Shown here: positions 1-11,907 of the stretch, piece after piece
Numbering within the stretch: position 1 is the stretch's first letter
Layout of the letters: every line of letters starts with the position of its first letter
Source of the DNA: Haliotis rufescens
Taxonomy: Eukaryota
Direction of reading: 5' to 3'
Assembly (NCBI RefSeq): GCF_023055435.1
Contig: NW_025963802.1
Coordinates: forward strand, 3,348,001 to 3,412,000
Length of the DNA: 64,000 nt
Notes under the pieces: generated by a model
What the model was told of the DNA's origin: nothing
The model's input: only the letters and a program-made list of their open reading frames with translations
Databases searched by the model: none
Made by a program: the position numbers and the translations under genes

Positions 1-144
1 AGTAAAATAAAAAAGAGTATTCAAAGCGCGACAAATGGCCAAAATGTCGCGTTGTCACGCTTTGGTTAATTTTGACACTTTTTGCTTGTTTTTGTAAGGG
101 CGACAATGCGTCAAAGCGACAGTGTGCTTTCTTGGATTCCATAG
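1..144. mobile_element. Right part of a palindromic MITE-like element (same family as 10713-10938), truncated by the window start
   Basis: Shares gcgacaatg/ttgtcgc motifs, gctttggttaattt...tgcttgtttttgta and the terminal ggattccatag with 10850-10938. Confidence 0.7.
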
Positions 145-881
145 TTTATATACAATAGTATATGTATATGCAATGTTACCTCAAGCATATGGTAATGGGT
201 ACCTTTTTTCAAAGCTCCATTGAGGTATTCCATCTACAAACATCGAAGGACTGTATAACTAAATCCTTCGTCGAGAATCAATGGCCAGTCACATGTAACT
301 CGAGCTCAAGACGAGATTGACTTTAGAGATGTGATATGCACCAGCACTCAATATATGCCTGATTTGCAGGGTTTAATGAGAATATGATCCTCTGTGATTT
401 GGTAGCAGCTTTGATAAACTGTTTTCTAATATAGCAAGTGTCAATATGAATTGATTAAACTATTAGAGCGCAGCGATAATAAATATGGAGGCGAATTTTA
501 ATGAACGTTTGTGCATGAGTAATGATAGAAATACATACTTGTGGAAAACCTTGTGACAAAATAACCGCACACAAGCTTTTACAAAATATATTGTAAATAA
601 GGTGGTGGATGTAAAAAATCATTTTCTTCTGAAACAACATGGATTTCAGGCTAGGAATAATTCCAGTGAATGGATGTTGACCTGGGAATAACTGAACGCC
701 CTTAGACACATCGCCTCCACACCACGTGCATCTTTGGCGGTTCTTTGAACCCGTAGGGTTGCATTTCGGATTGGAACACTTTTATTGAGTGAGTGTGCAG
801 ATTTAAACACTTGTATTGAGTTAGTGTGTAAAGTTTAACACTTGTATTGAAAGTGAACAAAAAGGTAATACAGGCCTTTAG

Positions 882-1085
882 TGTTTGTTTGTTCAACGCC
901 GCACTCAGCAATATTCCAGTTACATGGCGGTGGTATGTAGATAATCGAGTCTCGACCACACAATCTAGTGATTGACATCGCGAGCATCGATCTACGCAAT
1001 TGAGATACGATGACTTGCATCAACCAAGTCAGCGAGCCTGACCACCCGATTCCGATTTCCATTTTAACCCGGATCTTCACGGGCC
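882..1085 (-). mobile_element. Short retroposon family C copy (internally deleted)
   Basis: Reverse complement reads cccgtgaagatccgggtt...gggtggtcaggctcgctgacttggttgatgc...gaatattgctgagtgcggcgttgaacaacaaac. Confidence 0.8.
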
Positions 1086-1354
1086 ATAGCCATTCTTGGA
1101 TATCCCGTATTTTAAATATATAGCATACCTCACTGAATTAATTGGGGGTACATTACCATACAATCTCTTCATGTTGAATGATGTATATTCATGTTGAATG
1201 TGAGATAAATACCACAAATACATTCTTGCCAGTGATGACTTAGTACGAAAACCGCCCCTTACTTATTTCCTCCAGGAGTTATAAAAAGTCTTTCTAGAAT
1301 TCTGAAACAGCAGCAACAGCGAGTGGGTGCCTGAGAGATGTTATATACGCAGTG

Positions 1355-1436
1355 GACACACACGTACATGCACGTCGCTATATAAGTGCAATAATCTTGG
1401 ACGCGACGTTAAACCCCATTTCACCTCACCTCACCT
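1355..1436 (+). mobile_element. SINE family B, 3' fragment
   Basis: acgtacatgcacgtcgctatataagtgcaataatcttggacgcgacgttaaac plus (cacct)n tail, near-identical to 46910-46985. Confidence 0.8.
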
Positions 1437-1857
1437 GCCCACCTGAGGGCGTGGCAGGCCTACATAGTAACTCTGATATATACCCTGGTAATGAGATCCT
1501 GCCATCTGGAAGAAGTCTTCATATACAGAAGTCTGAGTGATATAAACCAATCTGTGGCAGCAGACCTCACACATTTCAACTTCTGATGCCAACAATCATG
1601 TCTTATCTAGCCTACATGCCCGTATCTCCGGGGCCTATTCCTTCTGACCAGACTGTACACTTTCAAAATCCACGACACTTCTAGGACAGGGGGATGGTGC
1701 AGGGTCGGGGTAGGGTATTTGTGTGTTGTGAGGGGGACGGAGAGGACTAGCTTGGGGGTGGGAATGTCGGTGGCAGGTGCTTGGCATGCACCTGACTCAT
1801 AGCCGAAAATTGTAGAAAATAAATTACAAATTTAGAATAAACTGTCAATGAATGTAA

Positions 1858-2371
1858 ACCAGCGCGGATTCCGTGGAGGGGCTGTCTGCCAAGAGAGCGG
1901 AATGTCAGTGGTTCGAACCCCCTAGGCCTGACCGTACCATACCAAAAAGCGCTAAAAGATGGTACTTGTTGTTAACTTACCCTCCGCTCTGCATTAAGGG
2001 GGAAAACAAGGACTGGTCGGCTCTGAGTTAGTGTTATGGTTTGGTTTGGTTAGTTATTTAACGCTGCACTCAGCAATTGTCCAGCTATATGACGGTGGTC
2101 TGTAAATAATCGAGACTGGACCAGACAACCCAGTGATTAATATCATGAGCATCGGTCCACGCAATTGGGATCGATGACATGCATCAACCAAGTCAGCGAG
2201 CCTGACCCCCCGATCCCTCTTAGTCGCCTCTTACGACAAGCATAGTCAGTAAGTGTAATGTGTCTGAGTGGAGCACCCATGCTAACCTGCGATATGATTT
2301 CTCTTTAGGCTAATACTATAGACCCGGCATGCGTCCAGAGCTGAAATAATCTTGAAAGCGACGTTAAACAC
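1858..2371 (+). mobile_element. SINE family B (diverged), interrupted by a minus-strand family C copy at about 2035-2247
   Basis: B head with ggttcgaacccc and ...aaaagatggtacttgttg. The body resumes after the insert. Imperfect duplication agttagtgttatg/agtaagtgtaatg flanks the C copy. Confidence 0.75.
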
Positions 2372-2724
2372 GGTGGCAGCTCGTGAATGCGATATATGTT
2401 CAGGACGTGCCATGGCTACATAGTGCTATTGGTGTTTATATCACTCAACAGGAGTATATAGATGGTTGTAAGCACATCTTTTTCATCAACTTAACATCTA
2501 TTTAACCATACGTACAGACACGTACAATCAGATAGGGTACATATTCCCGTGGGTGATTAATATGAGAGCTGATATACCCACAGGCCTATCATAACCACCA
2601 CACACACAAAATGGAGATAATGTCATCTATGTTCGTGACGTTACCGTAGATTTTATATCACGTCGTTCCAAGGAGGGTCTGACTCAGCTGAGCTCCAGAC
2701 ATACCTTCTTCTACATCTTCTTGC

Positions 2725-2990
2725 GTCCCGTGAAGATCCGGGTTAGAATTGGTCTTCAGCAACCCGTGCTTGCCGTAAAAGGTGACTATGCTTGTCGGAT
2801 AGGAGGCGACTAACGGGATAGGGTGGTTGGGCTCGCTGAGTTGGTTGATGCATGTCATCGTTTCCCAATTGCGTGGATCGATGTTCATGATGTCAATCAC
2901 TGAATTGTCTGGTCCAAACTCGATTATATACAGACCGCCGTCATGTTCTTGGGTTATTGCTGAGTGCGGCTTTAAACAATAAACAAACAA
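2725..2990 (+). mobile_element. Short retroposon family C, full length
   Basis: cccgtgaagatccgggttagaattggtcttcagcaaccc head, (aaac)n tail, TSD acatcttctt on both sides. Confidence 0.9.
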
Positions 2991-3564
2991 ACATCTTCTT
3001 ATCAAACTATTGATAATATACAGCCAACCTACAAGTTGTAAGTGAATTCCTTTTAATGAATGCCGCAGGTCCGTCCATGGAGCCCTGGACGTACAAAGTT
3101 AATTCAGTGGGAATAGATATTCTGGAAATATATCATACGTTATGCTCTAAGTATGTGTTCTCCCATGCACTGATCTCATAAACCATCCCCTTCCTTTATC
3201 TGCTCCATCAACGGATGGTATATCCTGTCTTGTCTCAACTTTCCACTTATCTGCACAAACTCCGTACACAACACGGAATCAAACTTTGTAAACCTTCATT
3301 AACTTCAAGACAAAACGCACCCAGACCGAAATCATACAAGTAGGATCAAAAGTTGTTACTTCCGCAACCGAAACCTCGCGAGAGTTCATTAACGGCGCAC
3401 AATGTCCCTGCAACCGCACTCTTCAAAGAGTTTAGGGGGTGTAGTGAAGTTCACTACATGACTAGCACATGTGTTTTGTCGAGAGCAGTATGTTATATGT
3501 AAGAATACACAGGAGTCTTCACTGACAGTTGTAGCGGTCGGAATGTGGACGACTAGTACATATA

Positions 3565-5036
3565 CAATACTGTATAATGGTCAAGCAATACTGTGTAAAG
3601 GTCAAGACAATGTTGTGTAATGGTTTAAGACAATACTGTATAATGGTCAAGGCAATGCTGTTTTATGGTCAAGACATGCCTGTGTAATGGTTTAAGACAA
3701 TACTGTATAATGGTCAAAACATGCCTGTGTAATGGTTTAAGACAATACTGTATAATGGTCAAAACATGCCTGTGTAATGGTTTTAGACAATACTGTATAA
3801 TGGTCAAGACATGCCTGTGTAATGGTTTTAGACAATACTGTATAATGGTCAAGACATGCCTGTGTAATGGTTTTAGACAATACTGTATAATGGTCAAGAC
3901 ATGCCTGTGTAATTGTTTAAGACAATACTGTATAATGGTCAAGACATGCCTGTGTAATGGTTTTAGACAATACTGTATAATGGTCAAGACATGCCTGTGT
4001 AATGGTTTTAGACAATACTGTATAATGGTCAAGACATGCCTGTGTAATGGTTTTAGACAATACTGTATAATGGTCAAGACATGCCTGTGTAATGGTTTAA
4101 GACAATACTGTATAATGGTCAAGACATGCCTGTGTAATGGTTTTAGACAATACTGTATAATGGTCAAGACATGGCTGTGTAATGGTTTTAGACAATAATG
4201 TATAATGGTCAAGACATGCCTGTGTAATGGTTTAAGACAGTACTGTATAATGGTCAAGACATGCCTGTGTAATGGTTTTAGACAATACTGTATAATGGTC
4301 AAGACAATGCTGTGTAATGTTTAAGACAATACTGTATAATGGTCAAGGCAATGCTGTTTTATGGCCAAGACATGCCTGTGTAATGGTTTTAGACTATACT
4401 GTATAATGGTCAAGACAATGCTGTATAATGATCAAGACATGCCTGTGTAATGATTTTAGACAATGCTGTATAATGGTCAAGGCAGGCCTGTATACTGGTT
4501 TAAGACAATATTGTATGATGGTCCAAGACAATACTGTATAATGGTAAGACAAGCCTGTGTAATGGTTCCAGACAAGGCTGTATAATGGTTCAAGACAAGG
4601 TTGTATTCTGGTTTAAGACAATGGTATATATTGGTTCAAGACACTGGTGTATAATTGTTCACGACAAGACTGTACATTGATTCAAGACAATAATGTATAA
4701 TGGTTTAAGACAAGGCTGTATATTGGTTTAAGACAAGGCTGTATAATTGTTCAAGACAAGGCTGTATAATGGTTTAAGACAAGGCTGTATAATGGTTCAA
4801 GCCAAGGCTGTATAATGGTTCAAGACAATGGTGTATAATGGTTTAAGACAAGATTATATACTGGTTCAAGACAAGGCTGTATAATGGTTCAAGACAATGG
4901 TGTATAATGGTTCAAGACAAGATTATATACTGGTTCAAGACAAGATTATATACTGGTTCAAGACAAGGCTGTATAATGGTTCAAGACAATGGTTTATAAT
5001 GGTTCAAGACAAGGTTGTATACTGGTTGAAGACAAG
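3565..5036. repeat. Minisatellite: 45-bp unit (22+23-bp dimer) grading into a 23-bp monomer array
   Basis: aagacaatactgtataatggtc+aagacatgcctgtgtaatggttt with period 45 (15-aa repeat in the ORF track). From about 4560 the unit is aagacaaggctgtataatggttc. Confidence 0.95.
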
Positions 5037-5525
5037 TCTGTGTCTGGAAGTTAAACCTTTATCTACATACTGATACAAGAACCATCCGCCACACAATTAC
5101 ACCATCTCACCTGTCAGCACGTGCAGGTCACGTGACATGGACGCATACTTGCAATGATTTATACTCCACATTCTTCATCATTACACGTGCAGCAGGTGCG
5201 TGGTGGGTCTAAACCGCCGAACTGTTGTACCTCATTGCAGGGCATATCCATCAAGTATTCTATTACCAGAGATTTGTCTCGTAAACATTATAGTCAAGGA
5301 CAAACAGGAGTAACATACTGTCCGCTAATACTACAAGGAACGTGCAATGAATTAATGCGAGTACCTGTTATCCACGTGTGAGACAAAGCACGACTGCATG
5401 AGCCAAAGCATGATTGCATATGAGCTGTTTAAAATTTCTTCGTTCCTGTTTTTTTTCAAAGGAAATGTTTGTGGTGATTTATGCAGGATTCATTTCTAAA
5501 GTTTTCTAAATGTTCACACTGAAAG

Positions 5526-5878
5526 AGGTGAGGTGAAATGGGGTTTAACGTCGCGTCCAAGATTATTGCACTTATATAGCGACATACATGCACGTGCACG
5601 TGTGTGTGTGGCTGCTTGTACTAGTCAGGACTGATGCCGATTTATAGTGGTAGCTCACTGAGATACCATGCCGCAGTTTAACATGAATATCCCACTCAGA
5701 CACAGTATACTGACTCCGAGCTGACCAGTCCTTGTTTTAGCCCTTTAATGCTGAGCGCCAGACAGGGTTACAACAATTGCCATCTTTTAACGTCTTTTGG
5801 TATGACGCGATCGGGGATCGAACCCCGGACCTTCCGCTCTCCGGGCGGACGCTCTACCATTCGACCACGGAGGCGGTC
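5526..5878 (-). mobile_element. SINE family B, full length
   Basis: Reverse complement of the 46629 copy with tRNA-like A/B boxes. TSD tcacactgaaaga. Confidence 0.9.
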
Positions 5879-6148
5879 TCTCACACTGAAAGAATACAAG
5901 CGTACCAAATCAAATCTTTATTTTATGAGTTTCATGGGGCCAGCTGTGGTTCAAGAGTCGTGCTGAAAGGTTGGAAAAATTTAGTGATATGGCCTACACC
6001 CAGCACAGTGGAATTCCCTCTCTGCACACGTCAAGAGTATATCTTGATTAAACTATCCTGCCAAACAAACAATTTATAATTGAGTCAACATTGTTTAGAG
6101 CCCTGTGTATTTGTTACATAAAATCCAAATTTCCTTTTTATCAGGCCG

Positions 6149-6318
6149 GGACGGTCGGGTAGCTTAGTGGTTAAAGCGTTCTCTCATCACGCCGAAGACC
6201 CGGGTTCGATTCCCGACATGGGTACAATGTGTGAAGCCCATTTCTGGTGTCCCCCGCCGTGATATTGCTGGAATATTGCTAAAAGCGGCGTAAAACCATA
6301 CTCACTCACTCACTCACT
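6149..6318 (+). mobile_element. SINE family A (tRNA-Asp/Val-like head), full length
   Basis: A box tagcttagtgg, B box ggttcgattccc, tail gatattgctggaatattgctaaaagcggcgtaaaac(ctca)n. TSD ttatcaggccg. Confidence 0.9.
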
Positions 6319-6712
6319 GTTATCAGGCCGCTCGATGTCGATATTGCATACATTACATACAGTTCAGCGAAACACGAGACAGAGACATATTGCTTGTCCA
6401 ATGCGTTGAATAACTTTTCGATAAATTTCTGGATTTTAATTTTACGCGTTTTGATGTACAAAATACGTTTAGGTGCGTATATGTCAGGTCATTGTAAGTA
6501 TATATACAAGGGTTTACTTACTTCACATGGGAACATGGAATAAAACCAATGGCAGACACTTCATACAGTACAACACTGGATGTGTGACTACTTTCTGTTA
6601 CAGAGATATATTAAAGTGTCAATTACTGTTTGAAATATTGACAGTTAACTGCTACCTGAGAACACGTGACGCTTCCAATTGTGGTCGGTTCTGGTCCGAT
6701 GGTGTTTCTAGG

Positions 6713-7147
6713 AATGATAAATGAATGGAAAAACTATGATTACCATATTATTTTGCACTGTGAAATGTTTATGCCTGACAGAAATCATTTCTTCTCATGC
6801 CTGATTGATAAACTTGATGTAGATGTATATGTGAAAATAGATATGCTTGACGATGATGATATGCTTTCATTCTTTCTCGGTGCAGATGTCCATGACTTGA
6901 CTAACGAACTTGATTACGATATCTGGCAAAGCATCACGATGTCTTTCTGCCACTTCATATGGAATTTGAAGAAATACCTTTTGAATATCTACTAGACACC
7001 TTACTGCTCTCAAAATGTACATTGTAAATTGTTTATTCATATCACTGTATATAGTCAAGTAATTCCATTGGTGTATTGTAAATAATGTATTTGCCTATGT
7101 AAAATCTTCGGATTCAACTTTGGAGGAAATAAAGAAATTCATTCATT
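6713..7147 (+). mobile_element. 5'-truncated non-LTR retrotransposon 3' end (ORF2 C-terminus plus 3' UTR)
   Basis: ENYDYHIILHC-type remnant of a terminal zinc-finger region, then a stop, AATAAA and an (attc)n tail. Flanked by a 46-bp direct repeat (6667-6712 / 7148-7193). Confidence 0.65.
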
Positions 7148-7166
7148 TGACGCTTCCAATTGTTGT

Positions 7167-7341
7167 CGGTTCTGGTCCGATGGTGTTTCTAGGTTTGTCA
7201 GCACCATACCCGTGCTCCTGGGTTTCACCGAAGTGGTAAACGTCTAAGACCTGCATCACTTCGGGCTTTCCTCCCACATCAAGCTGACACGCCGTGATAT
7301 AACTGCATGGAATACTGCTCAAACCAAATCACTCACTCACT
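7167..7341 (+). mobile_element. SINE family D, 5'-truncated
   Basis: tttctaggtttgtcagcaccatacccgtgctc...ctttcctcccac...gccgtgatataactg plus (ctca)n. Confidence 0.85.
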
Positions 7342-8187
7342 CCAATTATGGTAGAATCGATCATACTGCCTACTGTATCAGTTCTCCTGGCGCAGGATAT
7401 CTCATACTAGCCATACTCCGCAAATAGAATCGTCTGATTTGTTTCTGCTACAGAAATATAAGTTAGATGCAGCATCAGATAAATTTTGCATTTCCGGTTT
7501 TTGCCTCCGCAGAACCAGAGAGAAGTGAGAGGACGTGGGCAGGAATACATTATACGGACGCAACAGGCTGGGTGTCATTAATAATCTATTTTAGAAAGTT
7601 TGCCAATTCACTTTTAAAGATTGCCAGGTATTTTGACACAAGGTTCCATCGCTCCTAGGGATGGTACCAGCCTTGTGTAAGGCTGGAAATACCCGTCTGT
7701 CTGACATGCCTGCTCGCGCCATGTCTGTGCATGTGCCTACCGACACGCTGTCAGCCCACTGCTCACGCTACAACCAGCTATTCTGAAGGCTGTCTGTTTT
7801 TAGTGTGGTGGTGTTGCAGGGAAAACGGCGATGCTACGTGGCGGAATATTTCAGAGATTGTCTTCTTGCTAACGTCCACTGTACAAAGAGTTGTGAGAAT
7901 AGGTTTGTTATGTATAGGAAGATTGCCGGCAGATTACAAAGAACAACAAAAACAACAACAAAATAACAAAAACAAAACCTATTAAAAAAGATGGATGGAA
8001 AGCATATATATATAAATATATATTCTGCCGGATGATTGTTTATATGTTGGTAAGTTTGTAGTCATATTTTATTAATCCTGATCAGTTGCAAGCCATAAAA
8101 ATATAGTATAAATATTTTGAAAAGTGTGATTAATTTTGATAATCTAATAAATATTTATGACGCGTAAGTATGAGCATTAAAATTCAG

Positions 8188-8523
8188 GTGGCTCAGCAGA
8201 CTGAGTTCCAGACAACTATCCCAGACAAGGTTTAACTAAAACTGCGAATGTTCGCAGAGGTATTTGGTATCCAAATTTGGACTTTCGACAGCGTTCCGTC
8301 AACATTGATGCGTCCGACACATCACCGGATGAACATGTTGATCTGTGATGTGACTATCCTGTGAAATATGGAAGAAATGAGTACGATTTGGGAAAACAGT
8401 ATCGGGTAGTGATATAAGCATGTCCTGTGGGTGACACACTCCGGTTGACGGGACATTTTACAGGAGCTTCAAATGGGGACAGTCAATATTCGTTCCTTGA
8501 TAAGGCGTGTCTGTACGGGACAA
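8188..8523 (+). pseudogene. Possible disabled coding exon (336 nt, phase 1-1), family unknown
   Basis: Bounded by ttcag and gtaagt, length divisible by 3. One frame reads as a complex peptide (GIWYPNLDFRQRSVNI...CPVGDTLRLTGHFTG) with three in-frame stops. Confidence 0.35.
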
Positions 8524-8798
8524 GTAAGTCTTTGAAAGACAGCCACAGTTACCAATGTGTACGTAGTTTAACTGCCAAACACATTCTTTAATATGTGTGG
8601 TCAAATTTTTTATTTTTTTTGTATCATCACAAACAGTTACCGTAAACCTACTAAGGATACATTATTTAAGCATGTGACCCAAGGGTGTAAGATTATTCTC
8701 ATCTCAAATATTAGCCGAATTTATAGATTTGTTGTTGAACAACGACACACACCGCCTGAGTACGATGGCGCTCAATCAGCAAAGTCCCCGAACATGAC

Positions 8799-9036
8799 TA
8801 CCCGTGAACATCCGGGTTAGAATTGGTCTTCCGCCACCCATATTTGTCGTAAGAGCCGACTAACGGGATCGGGTGGTCAGGCTCGGTGACTTGGTTGATG
8901 CATGTCACCGTATCCCAACTGCGTAGATCGATGTTCATGATGTCAATCACTGGGTTGTGTGATCCAGACCGACTATTTACAGACCGCCGTCATAGAGCTG
9001 GAATATGCTGAATGCGGCATTAAACAACAAATAAAC
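8799..9036 (+). mobile_element. Short retroposon family C (single-hairpin variant)
   Basis: cccgtgaacatccgggttagaattggtcttc...gtcgtaagagccgactaacgggatcggg...cggcattaaacaacaa. Confidence 0.85.
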
Positions 9037-9676
9037 ATAACGTCTAACACCTTGATTTACCTCGTTTACAACACGCATAGGTTGATGAGACCCCACGTGA
9101 CATCTACAGATTGTTTACCGGTATCCAGTAAACATTTACAAATGATTATTGCAAATGGAATCAAATATTATTCGTTTTCTTCATTCAAACGTTTTATTAG
9201 AATTCAGAATACAATGTTCACCTTTGGGCCGACGAAACGAGGGATTAAGTATGTCTTTTAAGTACTTCCACTCGTCTCTAATTCGATTTCATTTCACAAA
9301 TTAGAATTCCGATGGCGGTTCTTTATACGTAAATGCAGCTATAATTATAAATATATCTCTGACCTTTCTCCTCTACGATTGGTTGTAGCAGTTGTCTTTA
9401 ACGTTGGGACGTGGTTTGAATAAGCAACAGTGACGAGGAATGTTTTAACAGATTCGGGCGTTAGCCATTTGACATTTAAATGACCGTCTCTCCGTCATCT
9501 GAATGACATTACGTCCATTGCCTAAAGGTTAAAATACTGCGGTCCAGGCAAATGAATAATTAAACATTTGATTATTTTTAAAATGTGTAAAATATACATC
9601 ATTCTTCATCTATTTGCATTTTAACAGGACGTTTAATACGCGAGGTGTATACGAGGTAAACGAGTGTCAGAATCGG

Positions 9677-9708
9677 TGTTGTTTTTGTTGTTGTTGTTGT
9701 TTTTGTTG

Positions 9709-9754
<46 letters not shown>

Positions 9755-9897
9755 ACGCCACACTGAACCACACAATCCAGTGACTGACATCATAAGTATC
9801 GATCTACGCAACTGAAATACGATAACATGCACAAACCACTCGATCCCGTTAGTCGCCTTTACGACAAACATGGGTTGTTGAAGACCAATTCTAACCA
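9677..9897 (-). mobile_element. Deleted family C copy whose tail runs into (GTT)n/(GT)n microsatellites
   Basis: cgatcccgttagtcgcc...gaagaccaattctaacc adjacent to (gt)n at 9714-9750. Confidence 0.7.
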
Positions 9898-10392
9898 AGA
9901 AACTGTATTAACAAAACACGCGATGGACATGTTAGCGGCATAAACATAGATGTACGTCTAGCAGCTGCATAGATTTAACACTTTACAAACATGTCAAAAT
10001 CGTGAAGGTATCTCGTATAGAGTGATACCCACTGCTGATATAACTCGGTAATAAGGCTAACCCTTTGAAATTAACTTATACGATGTGTTCAAACGCTGCG
10101 TTATTTGATCTCTGGTGTGTTGATGGGCGTGTTGATTCAGCATGACAAAATCCCTTAGATGTGTAGATAAAGACCCAGGTAACTGTTTAACTGTTTCAAA
10201 TAGATCTTCACATCTCATTAACGTCTGGTCAGGAATACTAACTGCATGTTTGAAATAATCCCCTAGGTAGTTAAGCCGGGGGCAAAAGGCTACACAGGGA
10301 GATTGAACTGTACTGGTCGCTGTCCGTGAATAATCGAGTTGGAATTATTAATGAGCAGACCACCTATAGAGACCTTGAAGTTGTATATGTGT

Positions 10393-10491
10393 AGAAAGTG
10401 GGCTTCACACATTGTTCCCATGTCGGGAATCGAACCCGGGTCTTCGGCGTGACGAGCGAACGCTTTAACCACTAGGCTACCCGACCGCCCC
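10393..10491 (-). mobile_element. SINE family A, 5' half
   Basis: gggaatcgaacccgggtcttcggcgtgacgagcgaacgctttaaccactaggctacccgaccgcccc. Confidence 0.85.
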
Positions 10492-10712
10492 ACCAACGGT
10501 AAGAGAATTCTGGTATGCCTTTGGGACTCATTTCTGCAGTCGCCCTCAAGTAAGTGATTTCGTACGATTCCAGTTATTCAAAATAGATAAACTTCCGCAT
10601 CTGGAGCACGACTCGACTGTTCCATGAAACAATGAACATAATTCCTCCCCAAGAATTCCGAGACGAAAATAAACCCAAGTGCACGGGCACCATACCACTC
10701 TGTGTACGTGCA

Positions 10713-10938
10713 GTTGGAATTCTAGAAGGGACATTGTCGCATTGTCGCCCTTACCAAAACAAGCACAAAGTGTCAAAATTAACCAAAGCACGACCATGCG
10801 ACAATGCGACAACGCGACATTTTGACCATTTGTCGTGTTGTCGCATTGTCGCGCTTTGGTTAATTTCGAAACTGTTTGCTTGTTTTTGTACGGACGACAA
10901 TGCGACAACGCGACAATGTCCCTTCGAGGATTCCATAG
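10713..10938. mobile_element. Palindromic MITE-like element
   Basis: Arms gaagggacattgtcgc...aaacaagca...aaattaaccaaagc and gctttggttaattt...tgcttgttt...gcgacaatgtcccttc. A second copy lies at the window start. Confidence 0.8.
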
Positions 10939-11907
10939 TACAGGAATCTAAAAGTTGCATCAAATCCCTCTTCGACACATTGAAACATGTTATAATGACG
11001 CATGTTATTCCCGATGCGTTCTGTATGCCCTTGTCCTAGTCTTCTCCACACACAAACATGTATTTCCTTACACACCCGGAGAAATAGTGGTTTCATGCTT
11101 GGTAATTCCTAACAGGCCACCCCAATCGAGTCTTAATGGCCGCCCCAAGAGTGGTTATACCTATATATACCTACAGGCAGCCGTTGTTTATGTTGTTGTA
11201 GCCTCCAGGGCTGTTTGTGTTAGTGATTAGAATCTCTCGACATAACCGCAACAGCTTCTAACATGGCGACCCTGCTTGTGTAGTAAATAATACCAAACAG
11301 AGGAATCCTCCTCCGAGACAACCCAGAGACTGAGAGTCTCGGAGGGGTGGTCTGTGGTAACGGATTGGCTAGCTTATCAAGAATGCTGTAAGACGCTTCA
11401 TTCCTAGGAACACATTGTCCCAGAAATGCAACTCTTGGTGCGTCACCTCTTTAGCCTGTCTCACAGTCCCCGAACCATATTATTCCCCTTTCGACCAGGC
11501 CTTACTGTAATGTTATAGCTCTAAGTAAAGCAAGTCTAGATTTCCCCCAGGTTCAGGCACCTGAATTACTCATCTCACTGGGGTTCCTTTTCAATTTATA
11601 TGTAGATGCTTGTTTCTATCAAACTTTCTTTATTTTCAGAGACTATAAGCGTCTACCAACCAGCCACCATGGGATTACAATCTTGACATATTGCCAATTA
11701 CGAATTTTTTTGTCGTCTCTGTTTGCTGTTTTGTAAATTGCGTACACTTGTACTACAGGATATCGTCAACACCAAATTACATTAGGTGTTTTGAAACAGT
11801 AAACGCTGATATACATGTCGTTGAATTCATACTTGAAAATACAATAGAATAAAAAAAAATCGAAAAAAATAAAAGCGGTGGTCTAAATTTCACCTCAAAC
11901 CAACCAA

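Noticed and set aside
3625-4302. 225-aa and 177-aa Cys/His-rich repeat ORFs
   Set aside because: Translations of the 45-bp minisatellite, open on both strands, with no unique coding flanks
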